Part shown: positions 16,879 to 29,342 of the stretch, one piece after another
Layout of the letters: every line of letters begins with the position of its first letter
Position numbering within the stretch: the stretch's first letter is position 1
Origin: a virus
Taxonomy: Duplodnaviria > Caudoviricetes
IMG/VR virus record: IMGVR_UViG_3300027769_000065
Span: 1 to 38,415 of that record
Direction: 5' to 3' (one strand)
DNA: 38,415 nucleotides
Made by a program: the position numbers and the translations under genes
The notes under the pieces: model-generated
Seen by the model: the letters and a program-made list of their open reading frames with translations, nothing else
Databases searched by the model: none
What the model was told of the DNA's origin: nothing

Positions 16879-17191
16879 ATGAAATTCCCGCGCTTATCTG
16901 GATTATCAACTGGAGCACGTGGCCTTGCAGGTAGGGCTAAAAGCACAGGGGGAAGAGCGACAATGGGTGTACATAAAGGCCTTGCTGGTGGAGGAGCTTT
17001 TATGAGCCGGAATGTCATCAACCGCTCACTCTTCTTTCACTAGAAGGGCTACTGGAGCAATTGGAACTGGTTTAACAACAGCTTCTAAATATCCAAAAAC
17101 AGCAATGGGAGCAGCTGCAGGTGGAATTGGCTACGCTGGGTATAGAAATAGAAGAGGTAGTCAAAACAATCCATTGATTGGCTTGGAGTAA
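16879..17191 (+). CDS. Paralog of 16576..16866; +1 frame change at CGGA 17008-17011
   Basis: Translated by hand; only the +1 frame gives KYPKTAMGAAAGGIGYAGYRNRRGSQNNPL, matching the upstream paralog's C-terminus. Confidence 0.75.
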
Positions 17192-17194
17192 GCA

Positions 17195-17392
17195 ATGTTA
17201 AGAATGGCTAGAGGTTTAGGCCGAGGCGCTGGTGCTATGGCCAGAGGTGCAGTAAACATGTCTAAAACAAGAAGTGGAAAATTTGGGATTGGCGCAGGAA
17301 TTGGTTTAGGTGGAATGGCTGCAATAAGTGGCAGATCATCTGGAGCAAACGGTTTGCAAGCAAGGTCAAGTGGTGGAATGTCAGGAATGTAA
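17195..17392 (+). CDS. Gly/Ala/Arg-rich small protein, 65 aa
   Basis: GGAG RBS; same composition as the two upstream genes. Confidence 0.7.
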   Translation: MLRMARGLGRGAGAMARGAVNMSKTRSGKFGIGAGIGLGGMAAISGRSSGANGLQARSSGGMSGM

Positions 17393-17437
17393 TATAAAGT
17401 GATATAATGTTATATATCTAAATGTAAGGATGTTATA

Positions 17438-17869
17438 ATGAGTGACTGGAAGAATTTTATTAATATAAATGGTGATTTTGAATTACCAAATTTTTTGTAC
17501 CGAACAATAAATGATTTAATGAAGCAAGCTTTAGATATGGGTACATTGCTTTCAGATGACCCATATAAGCTAAGAGCTTACAAAGAGCAAACAAAAAAAT
17601 TATTTAAAAATAAATGGTACGATTTAGCCCAAGCTTTAGAATTTTTTGAAATAATAGAACAATGTTCATGCTCATCAGCAAGATTAGAAGCAAACGGCGG
17701 AAAAGATGTTTACTGTGATATATGTAAAGGTGCTAGATTTATTATCAGTTCTGCGCTCACTCCTGATGAAATGCGTGAAGTTAGCATGTTTGTTAATGCG
17801 GCACAAAATGCAGAGGTAGCAGAAAAGCTTCAAAAAAGTTTAATGAAAGTTCTTTCGGAACACAAATGA
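17438..17869 (+). CDS. Hypothetical protein with CxC...CxxC, 143 aa
   Basis: AAGGA RBS; TG-extended TATAAT just upstream. Confidence 0.8.
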   Translation: MSDWKNFININGDFELPNFLYRTINDLMKQALDMGTLLSDDPYKLRAYKEQTKKLFKNKWYDLAQALEFFEIIEQCSCSSARLEANGGKDVYCDICKGARFIISSALTPDEMREVSMFVNAAQNAEVAEKLQKSLMKVLSEHK

Positions 17870-18043
17870 AATGTGTTAGATGTAATTACGATTTAAACTT
17901 TGTTTATGAAGATGTAATTCAAGCCGAACAAGTGTTACACGTTCAGGAATATTATTGCCCCCGGATGCAAAAGCTGCCTGATACAAACATATGCCCAAGA
18001 GGGTATTGTTAAATCTGAATGGATTGACTTTAATGGAAAATAA
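17866..18043 (+). CDS. Zinc-ribbon protein, 58 aa; +1 frame change at CGGA 17962-17965
   Basis: ATGA overlap; MKCVRC... and the second knuckle C-P-G-C forms only after the shift. Confidence 0.6.
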
Positions 18044-18752
18044 CATAGAAAAATTTGAAGATAAAAATTCTTTTATGGATAAGTTTGAATCACTTCGTCC
18101 TGATTTGTTTTTTCCAGATGAATGGACAGATGAACAAAAAGAAAAAGCTGTTGACTTAGTCCGACCACAAAAAACAAGAACATCAATGTTTTCGTCAATA
18201 CCAATGAGATGTGAAGCATCGCGTTGTATTTTTGCCGAAACATGCCCGCTTCATCAACAAAATCTTGCACCAAAGGGAAAACCATGTCCTATAGAAATGG
18301 GAATGGTTTCTCAATTTACGGGTGAATACATGGAGCAACTAGATGTAAGTCCAAATAACTTAGTCGAAGTTTCAATGGTAAGAGACTTAGTTGATCAAGA
18401 AGTTCAATATTTGCGTAAAACAAAACTTCTTGCAAAAGAACACTTTATTCAAGAAAATATTATTGGAGTAGATAAAGATGGTGAACCAATTCTCAAAAAA
18501 GAATTACACCTTGCAGTTGAGCTTGAAGATAGACTTCATAAAAGAAGAAAAGATTTACGTAATCAGTTATTAGCTACTAGAGAAGCTAGAGCAAAAACTG
18601 GTCAAACTCAACTTGATACAGCTCAAGCTATTTCTGAAATTATTCATAAAGTTCAAAAGATTGAAATAGAGAATAATAAACTTATTCGCAAAAAACTTGG
18701 CACATACGAAGTAGATGATTATATAGAAGCTCAAACTAAAGAACTAGAGTAA
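18033..18752 (+). CDS. Cys-cluster plus coiled-coil protein; terminase small subunit is a possibility (start moved to MENNIE)
   Basis: C-x4-C-x5-CP...PCPIE then a long helical region; function guessed from position only. Confidence 0.7.
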   Translation: MENNIEKFEDKNSFMDKFESLRPDLFFPDEWTDEQKEKAVDLVRPQKTRTSMFSSIPMRCEASRCIFAETCPLHQQNLAPKGKPCPIEMGMVSQFTGEYMEQLDVSPNNLVEVSMVRDLVDQEVQYLRKTKLLAKEHFIQENIIGVDKDGEPILKKELHLAVELEDRLHKRRKDLRNQLLATREARAKTGQTQLDTAQAISEIIHKVQKIEIENNKLIRKKLGTYEVDDYIEAQTKELE

Positions 18753-18756
18753 AAAT

Positions 18757-21700
18757 ATGAAAAATCATAGATTAAGCAATACTCAGTTAAGGGATCTGGG
18801 AACAAGAGTTAGTATTGGCACAAAAGGTTTTAATCCAATACCTCAATTAACACCAGTTAGTAATCAAGCTGTAGAAGAGATGTTGCGGAGATGTTCTTGC
18901 GGTAGGTCAAACGTATACTGTTGGTTCTGCAAGAGGTTATTTGGAAAGAGCAAAAGGTGTTGTAGATTTATATTTAGACAATATCATTGATCCCAAAAAC
19001 AGAAGCGCCTCTGGAAACGCCAGATTTAGGGGATTAACAGATCAAGCTCTTAGGGATAATCTTGAATTTCTTGTTCAATCAGAAAACTTAGATTTGTCTT
19101 TATTGAATAAATCCGCCGCAGATTTAGTATATAGACGATATAGGGAAACGGTACTGGATTTAGATCAAACATTTACTCAACTCGGAATGCCATCAATGTC
19201 ATTGCCATCAGAAAGCCCGTATAGACATTTTTTAAGATACATAGTTGACCCATTTGCTAATGGTGATCCTAAAAATGGAATTCATCCAATGACTTTAAAT
19301 CTAATGAGAACTTCTTACAACCCAACACATGACGCTGTAAGTACAGAAGATTTTGCAACTGGTAGAAACAGAATGAGATCACCTTGGTCTTTACAAAGAT
19401 TACATGAAAGAAGTAAAAAATTTTTTCCAGAAGGAGTGCCAACATCATATGCTGATTCTTTAAGTTCTAATAAGCCGATGAATCATTTAGCATTTGACAG
19501 AGGAAGAACTTACACTGTAATAACATGGGACACTGAAACAACCGGATTAACTCCAGAATCACAAATACGAGAAATAGCATTAGTAAAAAGAACAGTGAGT
19601 TTCGATGCAGATGGGAAAATGGTGTCTTCTGCACCAGAAGTATTAACAAGTAAAAGTTTTGCTTCTGATTTAATGGATATAGCTGGAATGATAGACGAAA
19701 GAGGAGAAACGATTCCTTTGTCAAAAGCAGCATTCCTTTCTGAAAGAGGTGGAATTGTTTCAACTGATGAATTAGCTAAATTTGAAAAAGCATATAAAGA
19801 TGGAGGAGTTGGAGCCGTTGCAGACTTTAAAGAAATCTTAAAGCTTTTTACAAATCAAGATGATGTACTAGGAATAGGTCCAGGTGTTGGAAATCTAAGA
19901 ATAGAAGGTCATAACGCTGAGGCTTTCGACTTGGATAAACTCATAGGAACTTTGCAAAGACTACCAGCTTTTCAAGAAGATGATGAAGCAAAAGGGTTAT
20001 TAAAAAATTTCTTAAATTTAAGATCATCAGAATCAAGCTACATGCTAGATACATTGGATAGCGCAAAAATTGCGATTGGAATGCAACAAGCAGAGCTTCA
20101 AAGAATAATGCGAGAAAGTGGATTGGAATTATCTGAAGATTTACAACACGGATTATTATCTTCTTTTAGCATCTCTCCAGAAATGTTTGGTGGAGCTAAA
20201 GGTACTGAATCATTAGAAAATTTATTTTTAAATACTAATTTTTTTGAATTATTAGAACAAAGAGCTGGAAAAGAAGGATTAGATACTTTAACTGGTTTGA
20301 TGGAAACTCGTGGTACTCACACCGCAGAAGTTGACACGATGTTAAATGCATACATAAGTGATTTTATTAATAACAACGAACTTAGAATTAGAAGACTTCC
20401 AACAGCAGGCATGCCACCAGCTGGACTTACTGAAGAGGCAGCAGCTGAATACACAAGCAAGCACGCTGAATTAGAAAAATTATTTAAATCTCATGGTTTT
20501 ATGAAAGAAAATAGGTCAATGACCGCTTTTGAAAAATTCATGAGAGCAAGAATTAGGCGAAGCAGCGCTGTAACTCCAATAACAAATATATCAGATATGA
20601 CTAGAGTATCTGATGATGTTTTTAATTTCCTTAAAACAGAACCAGGAATGCAAAAAATATCAATGTCAGTTAATCCTGATTATTTAGCAAGACTTGAAAG
20701 TCAAGGAATTAATCTTGGTATTAGAGCAGAAAATATACCCGACGAAGCATCAGCGGGAAGAATTTATTTTGATTCTGAACGTGGTAAATATGTGTTTTCA
20801 AATTTCGAATCTAGAGGAGTTGCAGGAGCAGGAGCAGGATTTCAGGAACTTGATACTGCAAATGTTAAATCAGCATTTGATTTTGCATTACGTGAATCCA
20901 AACAAGGAAAAGCTTTATCAGAAAGAATAAATATTGGTGCTGGTGGATCAATTTCAGTAAACCCAAGCACAGAAGCTTTATCCAATATTGGAATAACAGA
21001 GATAGAGGCAACTGAGCTCGATCAAATGATGAGAGCCAGAAAAGGACTTGGTTCGCTGGGAACACCAAGGTCATTACCAACTGACGTAGCTGGTCTATCT
21101 GAAGCATTGGGTACTACATCAGAACTTTATGGGCTAAAAGGTGGCGGGTATGCTCCAGCAATTGTTGGTAAAGAAACCGCTAGGTATTCACAGGCCTTAA
21201 TAGATAGAGGACTACCATATGCTACTTATGATGTTAGAAGTAGAATATTAGCTTCAGTAGAAGCTAAAGCTACATCAGGAATAGGTAGAACTTTAATAAA
21301 TAGAGCATCAGCTGCAGGAGATACTACCTATTCAACACTAGTAGGAAAAGATTTAAGTAAATTATCTGATGTAGGAATACAATTCACTATCGCTCAAGGT
21401 AAAGAAGATATTTTTGGGTTAGCGAGAAGAACAAAAACTGGGGATACTTTTCCCATAGATCCAAACTCATATTTTAGAACTCCAGTTTCTGGAACTACCA
21501 AAAAAGCTAGCAGAGTTATTGTTAATGCCGATGATTTATCTCAACTTATGATAAGAGAATTTAATGAAGACGGAACAATAAAAAATGTAACTAAATTTGG
21601 AAGTAAAGAATTTATAGAAAATGCAAATTTGAATAGATTTGTAGATTCAACAGTTCAAGCAGCAGACGCAGAATTAGGAGCTACAATAAACAGAGCTTTT

Positions 21701-22738
21701 GTTCCAAAAAATTTATCTAGAGCAACTGTTGAAGATTTAGCTGAACAAGTTCTATCTGGAAACATAAGAGCATACGATAGACTTAAGTCAGTACCGGGTT
21801 CATTTATAAATACACAAATGCAAGAAGAGGCTCAAGCTCTAGCTAAAAATATATTTGGCCAACAAGAACTAACTCCAACTGAATTAACAGGAAGAATTCA
21901 ACAACTAACTGAAATGTCTAGGGAATCAACGCAAGAAGCTAGACTGGCCGCTTTAAGGGGTTTTGCAAAAAATGAAGAAGAGGAAAAACTATTTGTTCAA
22001 AATTATAGAAAAACAGTTGGCACTGTAGCAAATGAAATAGAAAAAACTGGCGTCATAGGAATGAAAATAACTGGAGATGCCGCAGTAGAAACAATAAATG
22101 AAGCAAGATTAACTCAAGGTATTACTGGAGTAAGAGATACTGACGTAGCATTAAAGGGTAGGACACATAGGCTTATAAATACTATACAAACAGCAGATGA
22201 TGGAGTAATTGGTTACGAAATGTCTGGATCAGTAACTGATGATATGGATATGGCCGCTAGAACACTCTTGGGTGAAACAGTAGACGCTGGAGTAGCAAGA
22301 GCAGCAGAAGACGCTGCAGCTCATACGGCACTTATAAATGCTGGTTCACTTGCAGACGCTATTACGCCAACGGCTGCAGGTGTAAATGAGGGTGAAAAAT
22401 TTGCCAGTGAAGCTATAGCTGTAGGTAGAAAAATATATGAATCCAATAAAGGAAAATTAGCCTTAGGAGCTTTAGCATTAGCTGGGGCGGTCACTGGATA
22501 TAAAATGGCTAAAAGAGGAAACGAAAATGATCTTTATGACGCTACTATGGGACCAGCACCAATTGAAGAGGGACAAAGGCCTTACGGAATACAAGAAGCT
22601 TTAATGGGTAATGGTCAAACTTCAAGGAGAAGAGATCCTTTATTTACAGCTGGTGTTGTGGGAAATTTAGATAGACAAAAAATAGGTCACACATCAATGG
22701 GTTCTAATAAGCATAGTCACTTATTTGGAGATAGATAA
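18757..22738 (+). CDS. Large protein (about 1326 aa) with a DEDDh 3'-5' exonuclease domain; +1 frame change at CGGA 18886-18889
   Basis: WDTETTG (about 19526), GHNAEAFD (about 19907), HTAEVD (about 20318); C-terminal LALGALALAGAVTG hydrophobic patch. Confidence 0.75.
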
Positions 22739-23308
22739 ATGTCACTTTTATCAAGTATAGGCAAAACCTTATATAAAGGAGCTACGACTAAAGTCGGTGC
22801 AGCCGCAATAATAGGTGGTGCAGCTACAGCAGGCCTTGCTAAGAACGCCGCACCAGCTGCAAGAGACGCTGCCATGGATGTAGCTTTTGGTGACCCTAAT
22901 GCAGATGAAACTTTTCTTGGAAGAAAATTAACACCAGGAGCAGTTTTTGATGCAGCAGTGCCAGGTTCACATACAGGTAGAAATACGATTGCCGGTATGG
23001 GCTTAGGTGCAGCGCTGGGAGGTGTTGTTGGTGGTATGGCTAAAGGTTTTAAAGGCGGAGCATTAGGAGCAGCATTTGGGGCAACAGCTGGACTAGCGGG
23101 AAGCGCTGCAATGGGGATTGGATATATAAACAGAAATGAAAGATTTATAAATGAATCACCATACGTTGGAAATAGAAGATTAAACAGAGACATGACTTAT
23201 GGTGGAAATTTGTATGGACAAAGAAACACGTCACTAGAAACAGCACAAGAGCTTAATGCAGATGGAAACATAGTGCTCGGTATGCATAACCTAAGAAGAG
23301 GTGGTTAA
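22739..23308 (+). CDS. Gly/Ala-rich protein with glycine-zipper-like helices, probable virion or ejection protein
   Basis: GGAG RBS; GxxxG repeats (GMGLGAALGGVVGG...GGALGAAFGATAGLAG). Confidence 0.75.
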   Translation: MSLLSSIGKTLYKGATTKVGAAAIIGGAATAGLAKNAAPAARDAAMDVAFGDPNADETFLGRKLTPGAVFDAAVPGSHTGRNTIAGMGLGAALGGVVGGMAKGFKGGALGAAFGATAGLAGSAAMGIGYINRNERFINESPYVGNRRLNRDMTYGGNLYGQRNTSLETAQELNADGNIVLGMHNLRRGG

Positions 23309-23310
23309 CC

Positions 23311-24854
23311 ATGAGTGACATGAGCGGAATGGTTGATGGAGCAGCTCAAATCCCAGGAGCAATGGGCAATATACTAGGTGCGGCTGAAGCAACTGCGGGA
23401 ATACAAAATCCACTTTTATTATTTGGTTATGGTGGCTATAGAGCTCAAAACACAATCCTTAAAGGTGGTTTCTTAGATAATAAAAGAGGTGTTGGACGGA
23501 AGATTTAGTCCTAACCTTGCAGCTAGGTCTAGAGCAAAATTTAGACCTTTTATAGGAGACTCCCTAGACCCGCTTGGACCTCAGGGTGCTAACCAATTTG
23601 TTGGTGGAAGAAATATATTTGGTAGAACGACTAGAAGAGGAGAGCGTTTAGCAAGAGGGCGGAAGAGCTGCAGTTAGATCTGGTGTAGACGACTTAAATA
23701 AAGTAGGATCTAACTTTAAAAGATTTAGAAGAGGAAACCTAACATTAGATCCTAGAGCATTCTTTAGGGATCCAAACCTTTCTCGATTTGGCGCTGGATA
23801 CAATAGAGGATTTATGGCACCAAATGCCGGTGGAGCGCTAGCGTCACTTGGCAATATGTTGACAAGAACAACTAAAAGCGATACACCAACATTTAGCGGT
23901 GGAATTGTTGGAAGATTAGGAGCTGTTACTAAATTAGAAAGAAAATCAGCTACCAGTCGAGCTGTTGCCCGTGGAGATTTAAATCTTGCAAGAATAGCTA
24001 AAATGAACGGCGCTGTATCAACGCAAGTTTACGCCGCAGCAGGAAGTCGCTTACCGGCTGTTAGGGATCCTGCTACGGGTAGATTTACGAGAAATCCATT
24101 AAACTACTCAACTCAAGCAACTCCATTAGGCACATTGGTAAATAAAGCTGCTGCAGGTGAGGCTTTGTCAATTGGTGAACGTAGAGCTATGACTGCAGCT
24201 GGTGTAAGGGGAACGGCAAGCAGATCGTTTATGGAATATGCCTTTATGTCTGGGGGTGGACTTGATTTCATGGGATCTCAAGCTTTAGGTGCTACTGCTA
24301 AAACATTTGGAACAGGAACGCTTACCTTAACGGATAACGCAGAAAAAGTAGTTAGAGGGCTAGCAAAAGGCATTCATTCAAATGGTCAATTTGGAGTAAC
24401 AGTTGCCAATAGACTTGGCATGGCTATGCCAATGACTGAGTATGGTGCAGCAAAAATGGGTCAAAAACTCTTGGGAGAAGGAATCTATAAGACTCTAGGA
24501 ACTAGGGGAACACTACAAGCTGTAAAAGCTGGTGGAGCAAGAGTCGGAATGGCAGTTGGCGCACAAGCAGTAGCTAGAGCTGTTCCTGGTCTTAATTTAA
24601 TATTTGCAGCAGACATGGCTTATCAACTTGCTAAGCTTGGTGGATTAGCCGTTAAAGCTGGAATTAATTTTGGTAAAGATGGCATGAAGTCAATGCAAGG
24701 TAATATGAATAGTGGAATGTTTGGATCTTATAAAGACGATGAGGTTAGAGCAACATCTAGAGCTAGAGGCGTTGCCGCAATCCAAAACAGTAGATTAAAT
24801 GCTAGATCACTACTAGGTTCAGAAGGTGCGATGATGGCTTCGCATTTCGGGTAG
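23311..24854 (+). CDS. Gly/Ala/Arg-rich protein (about 513 aa) with two +1 frame changes, CGGA 23497-23500 and 23660-23663
   Basis: Three tracked ORFs join stop-free with uniform composition when one base is skipped at each CGGA. Confidence 0.7.
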
Positions 24855-24862
24855 AATATACT

Positions 24863-26720
24863 ATGGACAAAACTAAAGAATTTCGTAAAAGATTAGAAGG
24901 TCTTTCTAGGGAAGATCTTTTAGAAATTATTAAAGCGCAAGATCCAGAATATCTAAAACAGGTTAATAGAATTGAATGGGTTTTTAAAAATAAATTAAGT
25001 CACATAAACTGGGCTGATGGTACGCCAGTTGAAGGTAGAGAGTTTACAAATAGAGAACTAGCTCTATTGATTGACGAACCTTTTGATGTCGATAATAGTT
25101 TGTTGGACATGCGGAATATCAGCTGATCAACAAAGGCAAATACACATATCTAAAGATCCATGTAGGTGGGCAAAACATTTTCTTCAAGCAGAAACAAGAG
25201 TTTACCAAACTTTGATTTTGCGCGATCCAGCACTGAGAAAAGTATTAAGAGCAGGTCGTCGTTTAGGAAAAACCTTCAGTATGGCTATCGCTTTGCTTCA
25301 TTATAGCTATACACATAAAGATGGAAGATGTTTAGTTATTGCTCCAATGAAATCACACGTTGAATTAATTTACCAAGAAATTCTTAGACTAGCTTCTAAG
25401 AATGAAATAGTTATGAATTCAATTACAAGAAAAGTAACTAGCCCTCAGTTTATGATTCAATTTTCTAATGGTTCTACAATTAGATTCTTTACGTCTGGTA
25501 TGCGTTCAGGTGGAAAATCAGACGTAGCCCGTGGTCAGGAAGCGCACGTGATTGTGTTAGACGAAATGGACTACATGCACGCAGACGACCTTGACGCGCT
25601 TTACGCAATGTTACAGAAAACAGCAGAAGATCAACCAGATAAAATACTAATTGGAGCTTCAACGCCAACTGGTAGAAGAGAAAGATTCTGGGAATGGTGC
25701 AGAAGTGCTAGATTCCAAGAGTTTTGGTTTCCTTCATACTGCAACCCTTATTTCTCTAAAGAACAAGAAGATGAATTTAGAGAGCAATACTCAGAGATGG
25801 GTTATCGTCATGAAATTGAAGCAGATTGGGGCGAAGACTCAGAAGGTGTTTATCCTAGAAAGTTTATAGATAAAGCTTTCATAGAACCATCTTGGGAATA
25901 TACTCCTGAAATACAATCAGCTAGATCTTTTTATACAATTGGAGTTGACTGGGACAAATACGGTGCTGGAACAAATATAGTTGTATTAGAAACATGCAAT
26001 GATAATTATGAGGATGAAAAATTCAGAAATAAAGTTAGAGTTGTATATAGAGAAGAAATTCCTAAGTCTGAATATACTCTAACTAATGGAGTCAATAGAA
26101 TTGTTGAATTAAACGAATCTTTTCACCCAAAACACATTTACGTTGACCGTGGATACGGAGAAGTTCAAGTTGAGCTTTTGAGAAAGTATGGAACGGAAAA
26201 TCCAAAATCAAATCTTAGAGACAGAGTTAAGGGAATAGGTTTTGGTGAAACGATAGAGATAAGAGATCCATATACCAAGCTGCCAATTAAAAAAGAAATT
26301 AAACCATACATGGTAGATAATCTAACTCAATATCTTGAAAGAGAAGCAATTCTATTTCCAGCTTCAGACGAAGAGCTTTATATGCAATTAATTTCATATG
26401 TCGTTGTTAGAACCACACAGATGGGAAGACCTATATTTGAAGCTGGTGGTTCAGCTATGGATCACGCGCACGATGCTTTAATGTTAGCCCTTCTTGCTAT
26501 AACTCAAAATTATGGAGATTTTAGCAAATTAAAAGTAGCAAAAAACACAGAAAGCTTTTCCAACACTTTCTTTATGCCAAAGTCAAGTAGTGCATCTGAT
26601 GAAGGAGATAAAGAAACACCTGCTTCTGGTATCATGGTGACTACACAAAGAAATGCGCCACTGATGCCAAGTTTTGGTAAAAGAAAACCAGTAAAACGCG
26701 TTTCTAGAAAAATGTTTTAG
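24863..26720 (+). CDS. terL: Terminase large subunit (about 618 aa); +1 frame change at CGGA 25112-25115
   Basis: RAGRRLGKT (Walker A), IVLDEMD (Walker B), ASTP (motif III), IGVDW, VDRGYG and DHAHDA (nuclease). Confidence 0.92.
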
Positions 26721-26727
26721 GTAAGAT

Positions 26728-28347
26728 ATGTCATTAATCAACAATATAGATAATCAAATTTCAACAGAACAAAAAGTAACACTGGATTACTCATCTGCTG
26801 AATCATCTTCTCGTAGTTCAACTGAATCATCGTTTTCTAGGAATGGAGTAAATTCAGCACTTCTTCAGTCTGGGGTTTCATATGGCAATGATCAACCATA
26901 TTCAGTTCCTTTACAATCGCTTAGACAAGAGGCAAAAAATAGTCTTGCAGATTTAGTTAAGTTCTTAAAAGATTTAGAAGATTTATTAAGACAAGTAAAA
27001 TTAGACCCATTAAATAATCCAAACCTAGAAGAAGCACACGCCTATGTTTGGAATGAGATTAATAAAGTAGATCACCCATATCCAAAAATAGAAATAGAAG
27101 GATATGCAGGCAGTCTAAAATATCCAAGACCGCCCTTCATATGCTTCGACCAATATCTTTATGCGGAAGGAGTTCAAACAAGAGGCTATAGAAAATTTGT
27201 AAAAGAATACGATAATTTAATATCAAACACTACGTTTGGTCACATTTACGATTTTAGAGAAATCATTAAGTATTTAGTAAACGAAACTAATTGCATCATA
27301 GATTCTTTAGGTGCAGATTTTGGAGATAATTATGAAGATGACTCACAACAGCAAGTCGCATCGTACTACCTATACTGGCTCAAAATGGCAATCCACTATA
27401 AGGAACTCTTTGCCCAATCAATCAAATCGTCGCCAACAGGTTTGCCAGAAACCGAAGTGGATAAAACAACTAAAAAACAAGCCGCTCAATTTCAAGCATT
27501 TTTTTCTATCAAAGTAAATTCTTTAACAACTCTCATAGACAGTCAACTAGATACTCTTCATAAAGATCTAGTGACTAACTGTAATGTATTTTACAGCAAA
27601 TATCTAAGTCCTTCATTAAGGTTTAAGACAAAAGTTGTTTCCGACTTCGCTTTAGATATAAGAACTACAAATATGAAAACAGAATTACCTTCTTTGTCAG
27701 AAGAAGCAGCAATAGCTTTATTGGCCGCAGAAGGAAATTTTAAATCTGTTTTAACAGACTTATTAGAGAGAAGAAACAATACATCAGCAAAGATCGATTC
27801 GTTGTATCAATCTATCTTACAAAGAAGGAAGTATACAAGCTTTATATCTCAATTATCTATAAAGGCTGTAAGCAGGGAAAAAATTGTTACAATAGAAACG
27901 GATACAAATTACGCCGCGCTACTTTCTAGTTTATCAGTAGATGAATCTCAAATAAACTCATTGAAATCTAGCCATTCACTTTTAGATGATCTTAACGAAG
28001 ATAGCCACCCTCAGTATTTGATGAAATCTGGTGGTGTAATAACTGGAGATATAACAGTAGATAACGGTGCAAAAATAGATGGAGTTCAAATAGGTGAGCA
28101 TTCTCATTCTGGATCGGATGGATCTAAAAGAATAAGATCTATAGACATAGATTATGAATCAGTGAGAAATGAGATTAATTTACAACAGATTAGCTCAGCT
28201 GCAAAAGAGGTGGTTATCAAAATTGATTCCATTACACCTGATATACTAATAGGTGGAGTTCCGGTTGCAGATGTTAATATCAGTATTGATATTCCGGATG
28301 AATATAAGGATAAATACGATTTTGAAATATTATATATAGAGTTGTGA
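26728..28347 (+). CDS. Probable virion structural protein, 539 aa
   Basis: Late-module position; DSHPQY and HSH motifs resembling tail or baseplate-associated proteins. Confidence 0.65.
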   Translation: MSLINNIDNQISTEQKVTLDYSSAESSSRSSTESSFSRNGVNSALLQSGVSYGNDQPYSVPLQSLRQEAKNSLADLVKFLKDLEDLLRQVKLDPLNNPNLEEAHAYVWNEINKVDHPYPKIEIEGYAGSLKYPRPPFICFDQYLYAEGVQTRGYRKFVKEYDNLISNTTFGHIYDFREIIKYLVNETNCIIDSLGADFGDNYEDDSQQQVASYYLYWLKMAIHYKELFAQSIKSSPTGLPETEVDKTTKKQAAQFQAFFSIKVNSLTTLIDSQLDTLHKDLVTNCNVFYSKYLSPSLRFKTKVVSDFALDIRTTNMKTELPSLSEEAAIALLAAEGNFKSVLTDLLERRNNTSAKIDSLYQSILQRRKYTSFISQLSIKAVSREKIVTIETDTNYAALLSSLSVDESQINSLKSSHSLLDDLNEDSHPQYLMKSGGVITGDITVDNGAKIDGVQIGEHSHSGSDGSKRIRSIDIDYESVRNEINLQQISSAAKEVVIKIDSITPDILIGGVPVADVNISIDIPDEYKDKYDFEILYIEL

Positions 28348-28348
28348 T

Positions 28349-29342
28349 ATGAGCTGGTTTAAATATTTAGACAACACAAGCAACTTGGCAAGTCCTCAGC
28401 AAAAGGTCTACAATACTCCGCCCCTAAAAAGACGGAATAATAATAGATCAAGTAAAAGATTACATAACTGCTAATGATTGGTTATTTACTGACATAGGAA
28501 ATAACGAATTAAATTATGTATATAATTCTAGCCTACTTAAGGTTGAACAAGATCATTCATATTTGGTCGTTTATGAAAATTCAAATGTTTTAGTCAACGA
28601 AGCTTCGACACCTGTAGTTACAAAAATTGTTGACGGGATAATATATTTCAAAGCTGCAAAAAACCACGAAGCAAATACTCTTCCAGATGGAACATATAGT
28701 GTGTATTATGGTTCTGACTACATTAAGTATATTCACGCAACACCGGTTACTTCAAACTCAGTAACTTCCTATGAATATATAGAATACCCAAATAGTAGAA
28801 TCGCCTCACTTGAGGCAAGTCCTGGTTATAGCATTTACTATAGTGCTACTCCACCAAGTATAGATCTGTATGACACTGACATTAATAAAAATTCTGTTGG
28901 ATACTATAGATTGGCATATTTTAATGATGGAACAGATTGGGTAAATAATCTTTCAAAAAAAGTTGGGTCTAAGATAGTTGGAACTTTTAGTGGTCCAAAC
29001 ATTAGGATAACAGGCGTAGTTGGTCCAGCATATGGTAAGTGTAAAGTTAGAATAACTACAAAATCTGAGTCTTCAGCAGAAACTGAAAATATAATTTTAG
29101 ATTGGTATGAAATTGATTGTTATTCGACTGAAGAAAAGGAATCAATAATTTTTCAAAAGAACGATTTAGAATATCTTGATTATACTTTAGAGATTGAAAC
29201 TCTATCAGATAAAAATATATTATCGGCTAATAATCAAATTTTTATAAGTAAAATAAGCTTTTTAAGAAACTTTTATTTTTCTTTAGATGATCAAGAAATA
29301 AATCCAGATTTGACCTTTAAGTCAATAGGAGGATTGAGATAA
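28349..29342 (+). CDS. Probable beta-rich virion protein (about 330 aa); +1 frame change at CGGA 28433-28436
   Basis: ATG one base after the upstream stop; the +1 frame is open from 28434 into tracked ORF 28563..29342. Confidence 0.7.
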
